Assembly (NCBI GenBank): GCA_964584485.1
Contig: CAZPAT010000001.1
Coordinates: forward strand, 1 to 26,124
Length of the DNA: 26,124 bases
Origin: an uncultured Bifidobacterium sp.
GTDB taxonomy: Bacteria; Actinomycetota; Thermoleophilia; Miltoncostaeales; Miltoncostaeaceae
Direction of reading: 5' to 3'
How positions within the stretch are numbered: position 1 is the first letter of the stretch; every line of letters begins with the position of its first letter. The position numbers and the translations under genes were made by a program. Below the pieces are notes generated by a model. The model was not told the DNA's origin. It made no database searches and saw nothing but the letters and a program-made list of their open reading frames with translations. Positions 7,147-16,287 of the stretch are shown here, in pieces.

Positions 7147-9306
7147 ATGACCCGGACCACGCCGCGTACAACGCTCCTCGGCCGCCTCGGGGGGTGGTGC
7201 GCCCGCCGTCGCTGGTGGGTGCTGGCCGGATGGCTCGCGGTGCTCGCGGGAATGGTGGCGCTGGGCGCGGGGCTGGGTGGCGCGCCGTCGGATGACCTGT
7301 CGGTGCCGGGGCTGCCGGCGGCCGAGGGCGCGGTGGTGCTGCAGCGCGCATTCCCGGGCCAGGGCGCCGCCGACGGCACGGTGGTGGTGCGCTCCGACGG
7401 TGCACCCGTCACCTCGGGGGCGGGGCGCACGGCCATCGGCGACGCGGCGCGGCGACTGCGCGAGGTGCCGGGCATGCGCTCGGTGACGGTGCCCGGGGCG
7501 CCGGGCACGGTATCCGCCGATGGCCGCACCGCGATGATCGGCATCGAGTGGTCCACTCCTGCGGACGAGCTGGGGGCCGCCGACCTCGCGCAGGTGCGCG
7601 CGGCGGCACGGCCGCTGGAGCGCGCGGGACTCACGGTGGCGTACGCGGGTGCCCCCGCCGCGCAGGCGGAGGCATCGGGCACCGACTGGTCGGCGCTGGT
7701 GGGGATTGCCGCAGCCGTGGTGATCCTGCTGCTGGCGTTCGGATCGGTGGTGACCATGGCGGTGCCGGTCGTGGGCGCGCTGGTCGCCGTGGGCACCGCG
7801 CTCTCGATCCTCACCGTGCTCGAGGCTGCCACGGACGTCAGCACGGTGGGCCGGACGCTGGCCCTCATGATCGGTCTCGGAGTGTCGGTGGACTACGCCC
7901 TGTTCGTCGTGAGCCGACATGCGGAGCAGATGGCTGCCGGGATGCCCGTGCGCGATTCGATCGCGCACGCCACGGCCACCGCCGGACGCGCCGTGGTGCT
8001 GGCGGGCGGCACCGTCGCGGCCGCGGTTCTCGGCCTTGCCGCCGCCGGCATCCCGTTCGTCACCCGCCTCGGCGAGGCCGCGGCGATCGCCGTCGTGGTG
8101 GCGGTGCTCGCCGCCGTCACGCTGCTGCCGGCGGCCCTCGCGGTGGTGGGTTCCAATCTGGGTCGCGGTCGCATTCCGGGCGTCCGTGGACCGCAGCCGG
8201 TGGACCTGGACCCGCCCGACGGCCGCCCCCATGGCTGGGCGCGCTGGTCGATGGCGGTCACGCGACGGCCGTGGCCCTACCTGGTGGCATCCGGCGCCGT
8301 GCTGGTCACTTTGGCCCTGCCGGTCTTCTGGCTCGAACTGGGACAGGTGGACGCCGGCAGCGACCCGCCCGGGTCCACCACGCGTGAGGCCTACGGGATG
8401 ATCGCCACGGGCTTCGGGCCCGGCTTCAACGGACCGGTGGAGATCGTGCTGGAGGGGCCACGGGCCCGGGCGAATGCCCGGGAGGTCGCGCAGCGCGCGC
8501 GTGACCTGGCAGGGGTGGTGGAGGTGTCCCCACCCGTGGTCGCGCCGGGGGGCGACGTGGTGCTGCTCACCGTCATCCCATCTGCGGCCCCGGCAAGCCC
8601 GCGCACCACCGAGATGGTGGAGCGGCTTGCGCAGCGCCTGCGGCCGGTGGCGGGCGCGGGCACGGCCGTCTACGCCACGGGGCCGACCGCGGTGGGGGTC
8701 GACCTGTCCGAGCGCGTGGCCGACCGGCTGCCGTGGTTCATCGGCGTGGTCATCGCCATCGCGTTCATCCTCCTGATGATCGAGTTCCGGTCGATCCTGG
8801 TGCCCCTGCAGGCCGCGCTGATGAACCTGCTGTCGGTAGGTGCGGCGTTCGGGGTGGTGGTGGCCATCTTCCAGTGGGGCATCCTGCGATCGGCCCTCGG
8901 CGTGCCGGAGGCCGTGGCGATCGAGGCCTGGGTGCCGATGATGATGTTCGCGATCCTGTTCGGCCTGTCGATGGACTACGAGGTGTTCCTGCTGTCCCGG
9001 GTACGCGAGGCGTGGATGCACGAGGGCGACCCGCATCGCTCCGTTGCCATGGGGCTCGCGTCGACCGCGCGCGTCATCTCGGCCGCGGCCCTGATCATGG
9101 TCAGCGTGTTCCTCGCCTTCGTGATCACCGACGACGTCATCGTCAAGATGCTGGGCATCGGCCTGGCCACCGCGGTGCTGGTGGACGCGACCATCATCCG
9201 CCTGGTGCTGGCACCTGCGCTGCTCAGCATCTTCGGCCGGTGGAACTGGTGGTTCCCGGGCCGCCGCGGGCGCGATGAGGGGGCCGCGGGGAGAATGGCG
9301 CCATGA
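7147..9306 (+). CDS. MMPL family (RND) transporter, ~719 aa
   Basis: GRLGGWCARRRWWVLAGW start; TM4 GVSVDYALF and TM10 GLSMDYEVF Asp-Tyr pairs; GFGPGFNGP; true start ATG 7147, upstream part of ORF-track frame is a shadow. Confidence 0.93.
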   Translation: MTRTTPRTTLLGRLGGWCARRRWWVLAGWLAVLAGMVALGAGLGGAPSDDLSVPGLPAAEGAVVLQRAFPGQGAADGTVVVRSDGAPVTSGAGRTAIGDAARRLREVPGMRSVTVPGAPGTVSADGRTAMIGIEWSTPADELGAADLAQVRAAARPLERAGLTVAYAGAPAAQAEASGTDWSALVGIAAAVVILLLAFGSVVTMAVPVVGALVAVGTALSILTVLEAATDVSTVGRTLALMIGLGVSVDYALFVVSRHAEQMAAGMPVRDSIAHATATAGRAVVLAGGTVAAAVLGLAAAGIPFVTRLGEAAAIAVVVAVLAAVTLLPAALAVVGSNLGRGRIPGVRGPQPVDLDPPDGRPHGWARWSMAVTRRPWPYLVASGAVLVTLALPVFWLELGQVDAGSDPPGSTTREAYGMIATGFGPGFNGPVEIVLEGPRARANAREVAQRARDLAGVVEVSPPVVAPGGDVVLLTVIPSAAPASPRTTEMVERLAQRLRPVAGAGTAVYATGPTAVGVDLSERVADRLPWFIGVVIAIAFILLMIEFRSILVPLQAALMNLLSVGAAFGVVVAIFQWGILRSALGVPEAVAIEAWVPMMMFAILFGLSMDYEVFLLSRVREAWMHEGDPHRSVAMGLASTARVISAAALIMVSVFLAFVITDDVIVKMLGIGLATAVLVDATIIRLVLAPALLSIFGRWNWWFPGRRGRDEGAAGRMAP

Positions 9307-11186
9307 GCACGGGGGGAGGCGCCGGGGGCGATGTGCGACCGGATCGCGTGACGATCCGGTCGGGTGCGCGTCCCCACACGGAATTCGGCCACGACGACGT
9401 CGATGCCGATGCGGAGCTGGTGGTCATCCGCACCGCGGACCACAAGCACTGGGACGGGCTGCTGATGCGCCCCCGCGACGACCACGGCGGCCGGGCCGGC
9501 ACCCTGGTGATCGTGGTGCACGGCTCGCTCGGCAACTACATGGGCGGGGTCCCGCGGCGGATGGCCTTCGAGCTCGCGCACCACGGGTATGCGGCGCTCT
9601 CGATCAACACCCGCATGGCCAACTTCGGCGTGGTGTACGGGGGTGGTCTGTTTGACGAGACGCCCCACGACCTCGCGGGGGCGATGGACCTCGCACGGGA
9701 CATGGGGTTCGAGCGGGTCGTGCTGATGGGCTACAGCTTGGGCGCGAGCATCGTCACCCACTACCAGGCGCTCCGCCGCCCGCCGGAGGTGGTGGGGCTG
9801 TGCACCCTCGCCCACCCCTGGAGCCTGCCGGAGTCGATGCGCGCGCGCTGGACCCGCCTGCGCGCGCGCCCCTCGTACACCGAGGTCGCGCGCATGGCCC
9901 TGCGCGCCGGCGTGGATCGCGGTGGCGACGACGACGTGGTCATCGTGCACCGCGGGGCCGGCCCCACCGATGCCCCCGCCGATTCCGAGGCGTGGTCCCT
10001 TCGCTGCTGGTGGCAGTGCCGCGGCCCGGAGTCACGGAATCCCGTGTCGGTGGACCGGATCCGCGACGTCGGCGTGCCCGTGGCGCTCATCCAGGCGGGG
10101 GACGATCCGGTGCTGCCGGGTGACGACGGCGACAACCTGGCCGAGGCGGCGCGCGCCGCCGGGCTCGACGTGCACCTGGAGCACGTCCCAGGTGCCGACC
10201 ACACCTTCTGGGGCATGGTGCCCGAGGTCGCCGACCGGGCCGTGGCGTGGCTCGATGCGCTTCCCGCCGACCGCGACGTGATGGTGCCGCCGCGCGGCGC
10301 GCAATCCGGCACGGCCCGCCTTGTCACGATCGAGGGCGGCGACGGCAGCCTGCACGACGCCATCCTCGAGCGGCAGGAGGAGCCCACCGCGGCTCGGGCG
10401 GCGGCGACCGGGCGCCGCACGGCCATCATCCACCTGCACGGGAACCAGGGGAACCTCAGCGTCGGCGCGCTGCGCTTCATCCGCGCACCGATCGCCGGCC
10501 TCGGCGTGCCGATCCTTACCATGGATACGCGGATCGGCAACGTGTCGCAGCTGTTTGGCACCGCGGTTCTCGAGGACGTGCTCGAGGACGTGCGTGCCGC
10601 CACCGCCTGGCTGGCCGGCGAGGGCTATGACCACGTCCTCCTGTCGGGGTACTCGCTGGGGGCGACGGCGGCGTTCTACTGCGCCGCGCACGACCTGGGG
10701 CTGCCGCTGGTCGGCGCCGCCGGCCTCGGCACCGCATGGAGCCTGCCCGAGTCCAGCCGGGACCGCATGGATCGCTGCGGTGCCGCGCCGTCGTACGACG
10801 AACTGGTCGAGCTCTGCCGGCCCTACGCCGACGTGGCGCCCGCCGACGACGTCAGCCTGGTCATCCACCGCATGTACCTGCCCGACGATGCGCCGCACGC
10901 GGCGGGCGTCTACACGGCGCGGACCTGGTGGCACAGCCGTGGCCCGGACTCGGAGGCCGCGAAGGCCTACCTGCACGTGGGCCGGGTGCCCGCCCCCGTC
11001 CTGCTGGTGCAGGGCACCACCGATGTCATCGTCGCCCCGGACGACGCCGTCCGGCTCGCGGACCGCGCCCGCGCGGACGGCCATTCCGATGTCGAGGTGC
11101 ACATGCTCGAGGGCGTGGGGCACGACTTCGGCGACCACGACGCCACCGTGGGCGCATTGCGCGACTGGGTGCTGCGCGTGGCCTAG
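9303..11186 (+). CDS. Tandem two-domain alpha/beta hydrolase (two complete Ser-Asp-His triads)
   Basis: Domain 1: HGSLGN, GYSLG (Ser145), QAGDD, GADHTF. Domain 2: HGNQGN, GYSLG (Ser451), QGTTD, GVGHDF. ATGA overlap with MMPL stop. Confidence 0.88.
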   Translation: MSTGGGAGGDVRPDRVTIRSGARPHTEFGHDDVDADAELVVIRTADHKHWDGLLMRPRDDHGGRAGTLVIVVHGSLGNYMGGVPRRMAFELAHHGYAALSINTRMANFGVVYGGGLFDETPHDLAGAMDLARDMGFERVVLMGYSLGASIVTHYQALRRPPEVVGLCTLAHPWSLPESMRARWTRLRARPSYTEVARMALRAGVDRGGDDDVVIVHRGAGPTDAPADSEAWSLRCWWQCRGPESRNPVSVDRIRDVGVPVALIQAGDDPVLPGDDGDNLAEAARAAGLDVHLEHVPGADHTFWGMVPEVADRAVAWLDALPADRDVMVPPRGAQSGTARLVTIEGGDGSLHDAILERQEEPTAARAAATGRRTAIIHLHGNQGNLSVGALRFIRAPIAGLGVPILTMDTRIGNVSQLFGTAVLEDVLEDVRAATAWLAGEGYDHVLLSGYSLGATAAFYCAAHDLGLPLVGAAGLGTAWSLPESSRDRMDRCGAAPSYDELVELCRPYADVAPADDVSLVIHRMYLPDDAPHAAGVYTARTWWHSRGPDSEAAKAYLHVGRVPAPVLLVQGTTDVIVAPDDAVRLADRARADGHSDVEVHMLEGVGHDFGDHDATVGALRDWVLRVA

Positions 11187-11827
11187 GCGCCGGGTGCCCG
11201 GCGCTCCGCCTCCGGGGCGCGCCGGGCGCGCACGAGGGTGTCGATCGCGGTCCGCGGGCCATCGGCGGTGCTCACCATGCGTTCGATGCGGACGGCGGAC
11301 TCGATCTGCAGGCCCGTGCCGAGGGCGGCGACCACCTGCTCGGGTGACTGCAGGATCGCCGGGTCCTGCGGGCCCCCGAACCCGCGCTCCAGGTTCTCCC
11401 GGTCGTGGCCGATGAGCAGGAGCGTCCCGCCCGGGGCCAGCGCACCTGCAGCATGGTGCAGCACGCGGTCCAGCGTCTGCTCCGGGACCTGCAGGTACAG
11501 GATGAGGACCAGGTCGAAGGCCGCCCCGGGAGGCGCATAGTCGGCCAGGTCCGCGTGCACCGCGGTGAGCGTCGTGCCCTGGCGCCGCGCCATCTCGCCG
11601 GCGCGGTCCAGCCCGATCCGCGAGAAGTCGACGATCGTGACGTCCCACCCACGCGATGCGAGCCACGCGGCGTTGCGTCCCTCCCCGCCGCCGAGGTCGA
11701 GGGCGCGCCCCGGGGGGAGCGCCCCGACCTCGTCGACGAGGCGGCGGTTCGGCTTCGCACCCCACACGAGGTCCGGAGCCGAGTACCGCCGATCCCACCT
11801 GTCGGCGTCAGTGGCCGAAGCGCACAT
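11183..11827 (-). CDS. Class I SAM-dependent methyltransferase (TehB/TPMT-like)
   Basis: RWDRRY...W...PN, PGRALDLGGGEGRNAAWLA, VTIVDFS, FDLV motifs; 20-nt overlap with the MMPL 3' end. Confidence 0.9.
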   Translation of the reverse strand: MCASATDADRWDRRYSAPDLVWGAKPNRRLVDEVGALPPGRALDLGGGEGRNAAWLASRGWDVTIVDFSRIGLDRAGEMARRQGTTLTAVHADLADYAPPGAAFDLVLILYLQVPEQTLDRVLHHAAGALAPGGTLLLIGHDRENLERGFGGPQDPAILQSPEQVVAALGTGLQIESAVRIERMVSTADGPRTAIDTLVRARRAPEAERRAPGA

Positions 11828-13928
11828 CCGGGAGGATCCGGTCGAGCCACTTCGGCTGCCACCACGCCCACTTGCCCACCAGCCGCAGTGCGACCGGCAC
11901 GAGGAGCAGCCGCACGAGGAAGGCGTCCAGGAGGACGGCCACCCCGAGGATGATCCCCATCTCCTTCGGCGGCAGCGGGCCGGAGAGGGCGAAGGTGAAG
12001 AACACCGCCACCATCACCGCGGCCGCGGCCAGGATCACCCGGCCCGAGTGGGCCATGCCGGCCACCATCGCGTCCCGCGGGTCGTGCGAGCGGTCCCAGT
12101 GCTCGCGTGCCGAGGACAGCAGGAACACCGTGTAGTCCATCGAGATCGCGAAGATCATGGCGAAGAAGAACACGGGCCCCCAGGCATCCAGGAAGCCCTG
12201 CGACTCGAAGCCGAGCAGGTCCGCGCCCCAGCCGTCCTGGAAGATGAGGCGCGCGACGCCGAAGGCCGCGCCCACCGCGAGGAGGTTGGTCACCACGCCG
12301 ATGGCGGCGACGACGGGCGCCTGGAATGCCACGAGCAGCAGCAGGAAGCCCAGCACGAGGACGATGCCGATGACGATCGGCGTGTACGTGCTGAGGGCGG
12401 CCGACAGATCGGCCTGTTCGGCCGCGGCGCCACCGATCAGCACGCCCGCGGGCAACTGTGCCCGGAGCCGCTCGAGCGTCTCGGCCGTCTCGGTGGTGGA
12501 TGGTCCGGTGGTCGGGATGGCCTGCACCATCGCGAGTCCGCCGCCGCCCTGCATGGGCGGCATGGCGGCGGCGATGCCGGCATCGGAGGCGGCGATCCGC
12601 TGCGCCGATGCCATCTCGTCCGCCGGGCCCACGATCTGCAGGGTGCCCGGGGCACCCTCGCCGAAGGCCTCGCTCACCAGCTCGTAGCCCTGGCGTGAGC
12701 CGTCATCGGCGGGCACCACCGCGATGGATGGCATGCCCGTCTTCAGCCCGAACACCGGGATCGCCAGCACCAGCAGCACGATGAGCGCCGGGAGCCCGAA
12801 CAGGACCGGCTTGCTCCAGAGCTTCTGCCCCCAGCGCTCGAAGCGCTTGGACCGGTGGTCGCCCGAGTGCGCCCACTTGAGCGTCCCCTTGTCCACCCGC
12901 GGTCCGAGCTTGGCCAGCACCGCCGGCAGCAGGGTGAGGGTGGCGAGCAGGATGAAGACGACCGAGATCATGATGCCCAGCGCCATCGAGCGGAATGCCG
13001 GACTCGGGACGATCATCACCGCCGACAGCGAGATGAGCACCGTCAGCCCGGAGAACAGCACCGCCTTGCCCGCGGTGTCCATCGTCTCCGCCACGGCGTC
13101 CACGGGTTTCCGGCCCGATCCGAACAGCGCCCCGCGGAAGCGGACGACGATGAACAGCGCGTAGTCGATGCCCAGTGCGAGCGCGAACATCAGGGCGAAG
13201 TTCATGGCCCAGATGGAGACGTCGAACGCCAGGGTGGTCAGGTACAGCGCTCCCGCCGTGGCCACCAGGCCGAGGATCGTGAGCAGCAGCGGGAGCCCCG
13301 CGGCCACGAGCGCCCCGAACGCCAGCACCAGGATGGCGAGGGTGACGGGCCACGAGAGCAGTTCGCTCTTCAGCATCGCCGAGCGGTTCGCCTCATTGAA
13401 GTCCGACCACATGCCGGACGCTCCGGTGAGGTAGACGGACACCTCCTCCGAGCCATCGGCCCGGAGGGGCGCCTTCAGGCGGTCGGCCGCGCGCACCATC
13501 TCCGTCGCGTTCTCGGCCGCGCCGGCCATGAGGATGGCCGTGTGGCCGTCGCGCGAGATCGTCTGTCCCGGCATCGGCGGAACCACGCCGGTCACCGCGC
13601 CGTCGGCCTCGAGGGTGCGGGTGGCGCTGGCGATGGCTGACTGGAACGCCGGCGACGACACCTGCTGGTCCGGCGAGTGCACCACCACCATCAGGGCATT
13701 CGCGGAGTTGCCGGCGAAGTTGTCCTGGATGAGCTGCCGGGCGGCGACCGACTGCGAGCCGGTGTCCTCCCACCCTGCACCGGAGAGCGATGTCTCGACG
13801 CGCGGAGCCAGGAAGCCGAGCCCCAGCGCAATGACCACCCATGCGGCCACGACCCACTTCACATTCGTGGCCGACCAGTGCCCGAGGCGACCGATCGGCC
13901 CGACCTTCGGCGTGGGGTCGTCGCTCAT
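11808..13928 (-). CDS. MMPL family (RND) transporter, 706 aa
   Basis: ALGIDYALF and AISMDYTVF Asp-Tyr pairs, AFGEGAPG, TAGKAVLFSG, SGRVILAAA. Confidence 0.93.
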   Translation of the reverse strand: MSDDPTPKVGPIGRLGHWSATNVKWVVAAWVVIALGLGFLAPRVETSLSGAGWEDTGSQSVAARQLIQDNFAGNSANALMVVVHSPDQQVSSPAFQSAIASATRTLEADGAVTGVVPPMPGQTISRDGHTAILMAGAAENATEMVRAADRLKAPLRADGSEEVSVYLTGASGMWSDFNEANRSAMLKSELLSWPVTLAILVLAFGALVAAGLPLLLTILGLVATAGALYLTTLAFDVSIWAMNFALMFALALGIDYALFIVVRFRGALFGSGRKPVDAVAETMDTAGKAVLFSGLTVLISLSAVMIVPSPAFRSMALGIMISVVFILLATLTLLPAVLAKLGPRVDKGTLKWAHSGDHRSKRFERWGQKLWSKPVLFGLPALIVLLVLAIPVFGLKTGMPSIAVVPADDGSRQGYELVSEAFGEGAPGTLQIVGPADEMASAQRIAASDAGIAAAMPPMQGGGGLAMVQAIPTTGPSTTETAETLERLRAQLPAGVLIGGAAAEQADLSAALSTYTPIVIGIVLVLGFLLLLVAFQAPVVAAIGVVTNLLAVGAAFGVARLIFQDGWGADLLGFESQGFLDAWGPVFFFAMIFAISMDYTVFLLSSAREHWDRSHDPRDAMVAGMAHSGRVILAAAAVMVAVFFTFALSGPLPPKEMGIILGVAVLLDAFLVRLLLVPVALRLVGKWAWWQPKWLDRILPDVRFGH

Positions 13929-14143
13929 CGCGCGCAGCCCTGGAGGTTGAAGACGCGGCGGATCACGAACGACGACGGGCAGTCACCCACCGTGGCGTAC
14001 ATCAGTTGCGACGCACCGACGAAGGCGGTGAGGATCAGGAACCACGGCGACACGAGGGCCGCGAGGATGACGCTGACGATGGTGACCGTCCCGGCCATCA
14101 CGAACAGCACGCGCTCCAGCGTCCAGCGGTTTTCTGAACTCAT
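13925..14143 (-). CDS. DUF2892 (YgaP-like membrane domain) protein, 72 aa
   Basis: LERVLFVMAG...SPWFLILTAFVG...YATVGDCP pattern; ATGA overlaps at both ends. Confidence 0.85.
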   Translation of the reverse strand: MSSENRWTLERVLFVMAGTVTIVSVILAALVSPWFLILTAFVGASQLMYATVGDCPSSFVIRRVFNLQGCAR

Positions 14144-14484
14144 GGGGCGACCTCCCCGGTGACGAGGGATTGCAGTTCGGCCAGGTGGCGCTCCAAGCCA
14201 CCGCAGACGTGCTCGCACATGTCGAACACGCCCTGGTCCGCGATCTCGTACAGCACCGCGTTTCCGCGGCGCTCCCGGCGTACGAGGCCCGCTCCGTGGA
14301 GCAGTCCCAGGTGCTTCGAGACATTCTGCTGCGAGGTGCCGAGTTCGTCGGCGAGGACGCCGACGGCCCGCGGTCCGTCGCGCAGGTGGTCGAGGATCCG
14401 GATGCGCATGGGCTCCCCGAGCACCTTGAACCGCTCGGCGATCATCTGCGCCAGCGGGTCGGGGATGGGATGGGGAATCGCCAC
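14140..14484 (-). CDS. ArsR/SmtB family transcriptional repressor with C-terminal CxxxC
   Basis: RFKVLGEPMRIRIL, SQQNVSKHLGLL..AGLV.RERRG..VLY, CEHVC; AAGGAG SD before GTG 14484. Confidence 0.92.
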   Translation of the reverse strand: MAIPHPIPDPLAQMIAERFKVLGEPMRIRILDHLRDGPRAVGVLADELGTSQQNVSKHLGLLHGAGLVRRERRGNAVLYEIADQGVFDMCEHVCGGLERHLAELQSLVTGEVAP

Positions 14485-14515
14485 GTACGCACTCCTTGAT
14501 CGGCGGACGGGGGCG

Positions 14516-14544
14516 AACGTACTGATCAACCAATTAGTTGTCAA
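14516..14544 (-). promoter_or_regulatory. Sigma-70 promoter of the arsR-DUF2892-MMPL-methyltransferase operon
   Basis: Perfect TTGACA (14544-14539) - 17 nt - TACGTT (14521-14516) in the most AT-rich stretch of the window. Confidence 0.8.
14527..14540. promoter_or_regulatory. Putative ArsR operator
   Basis: Imperfect palindrome CAACCAATTAGTTG (12/14) filling the -35/-10 spacer; extra AGTTGT half-site at 14544-14549. Confidence 0.6.
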
Positions 14545-14607
14545 GTTGTAAAGTGCGGAGCGTCGGACGGGCAGGGAATGCGGCACGGGGCGGAGAAACC
14601 GCAGGTC

Positions 14608-14994
14608 ATGACGACGTCCCGCATGCTCACGCTCTCCGAGGCCGCGGAGGTGTGCGGCACCACGAAGAAGGCCCTGGAGCGACGGGCCGAACGCGGCACG
14701 CTGCACGTGGCCCGCCGGGGTGCGGTGCGCGTGGTCGCGGTGGATGAACTGATGCGCGTCGGCCTGGTCGCGCTGGACGCGGATGTGGCGGCCCCCACGG
14801 GCCCGGGGGCGGCGGACCGCCCGCTGGCGGTGCTGGCACGTCGCGTGGCTGAGGCCGATGCCGACCTGGCCGAGATGCGCGCCGCGCTCGCGTCCACGGA
14901 GGCCGCGCTCCGCCGTGCCCGCGAGGAGGCGCGCCAGCTCCGCTCCCGGTTGGCGCACGGCGCGGCACCGGAGGCGCTGGCCGAGACCGCGTAG
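14608..14994 (+). CDS. Excisionase/MerR-like HTH protein with C-terminal coiled coil
   Basis: MLTLSEAAEVCGTTKKALERRAERGTL (HTH_17-like) followed by heptad-rich LARRVAEADADLAEMRAALASTEAALRRAREEARQLRSRL. Confidence 0.7.
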   Translation: MTTSRMLTLSEAAEVCGTTKKALERRAERGTLHVARRGAVRVVAVDELMRVGLVALDADVAAPTGPGAADRPLAVLARRVAEADADLAEMRAALASTEAALRRAREEARQLRSRLAHGAAPEALAETA

Positions 14995-15030
14995 GCCGCG
15001 CCGCCCGCCGCCCCCGGTAGCGTGCCGGGG

Positions 15031-16278
15031 GTGGATGACGCACGGCATGAGGACGATGTGGTGGTGGAGCTCCACCCGCAGGTGGACGCCTCCGGCGACG
15101 CCGTCCCGGTCGAGGAGCCGGTGGAGGGGCTGGCCGTGATCGGCGTGCCGGGGCCCTATGCGGCGCTCGAGGGGCATCGTGCGCTCTCCGCGGGCAGCGA
15201 CATCATGCTGCTCAGCGCCGATGTGCCGCTGGCCGACGAGGTGGCCCTGAAGCAGCGGGCCGGGCGGTCCGGCCGCCTTGCGCTCGGCCCGGGCAGCGAC
15301 ACCGCGATCATTGACGGCATCGGGATCGGCATCGCCAATGCGGTCGCGCCGGGCCGCGTGGCCGTGGTGGCGACGTCCGGTTCCGGTGCTCAGGAGGCAT
15401 CGGTGCTGCTCGACCGCTTCGGCGTGGGCGTGAGCCGGTGCCTTGTCACGGGGCCGCGTGACCTCTCGGATGAGGTCGCGGGTGCATCGACCATCGCGGC
15501 GCTCGGCCGGCTTGCCGGGCACCCCGGCACCGATGCCGTCGTGCTGGTGGCGGAGGGATTCTCGGCGCGGGCAGCCGAGGCCGTGCTCGCTGCGATGGCG
15601 GCGACCGGCATTCCCGGGTCGGCGTGCCTCATCGGTGCGGGCGAGATGCCCGCCCCTGACGGGATTGACGTGCACGCCGCCATCGATCATGCGGTGGTGG
15701 CCGCCGCGCGCCGCGCCGGCGCGCGCCCGGTCATCCCGGCCGCGGAACCCACCGGCTGGGTCAGCGCGGGCCACGTGCGGGGGATATTCGCCGGATCGGC
15801 GCTGTGCGCCGAGGCCGCGGCAATCCTGTCCGCGCAACTGGGGCGCGTGGTGTCCAACACCCCCGCGGGCGCCGCCGAGTACCTGGATCCGCGCGATGTC
15901 GTGCGTGGCCATGCGTGCCTTGACCTGCAGGCCGAGTCATCCGTGCACGGCACCCCGCACCCGGTGCGCGACCCATCACGCCGCGCCGAGCTGATCGTCG
16001 ATACCGTGTCGGACCAGACCGTGGCAGTGGTGCTGCTGGACGTCATCCTCGGGCGCGGAGCCCATGCCGATCCGGCCGGAGCCCTCGCCCCGGCGCTCAC
16101 CCGGGCCCTGCAGGCGCGCCCCTCGCTCCAGGTGGTGGCGCACGTATGCGGCACCGAGGCCGACCCGCAGGTGCTCTCGCGCCAGGAGGAGGCCCTGGTC
16201 GCAGCCGGCGCGCGCGTGGCCCCCACCAGCGCCCAGGCCGCCCGGCTCGCCGCGGCGCTCGTGCGACCCGGTCGCTGA
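15031..16278 (+). CDS. FdrA/YahF (AllF)-like acyl-CoA synthetase-fold protein, N-terminally truncated and divergent
   Basis: AVIGVPGPYAA..G.RAL, V.LADEVALK, TAIIDG, SGSGAQE, RGIFAG..LCAEA, GHACLDL, PHPVRDP, LLDVILGRGAHADPAG, HVCGTEADPQ; GTG 15031 lies 7 nt after TAGCGT. Confidence 0.85.
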   Translation: MDDARHEDDVVVELHPQVDASGDAVPVEEPVEGLAVIGVPGPYAALEGHRALSAGSDIMLLSADVPLADEVALKQRAGRSGRLALGPGSDTAIIDGIGIGIANAVAPGRVAVVATSGSGAQEASVLLDRFGVGVSRCLVTGPRDLSDEVAGASTIAALGRLAGHPGTDAVVLVAEGFSARAAEAVLAAMAATGIPGSACLIGAGEMPAPDGIDVHAAIDHAVVAAARRAGARPVIPAAEPTGWVSAGHVRGIFAGSALCAEAAAILSAQLGRVVSNTPAGAAEYLDPRDVVRGHACLDLQAESSVHGTPHPVRDPSRRAELIVDTVSDQTVAVVLLDVILGRGAHADPAGALAPALTRALQARPSLQVVAHVCGTEADPQVLSRQEEALVAAGARVAPTSAQAARLAAALVRPGR

Positions 16279-16287
16279 GGGGCCCCG

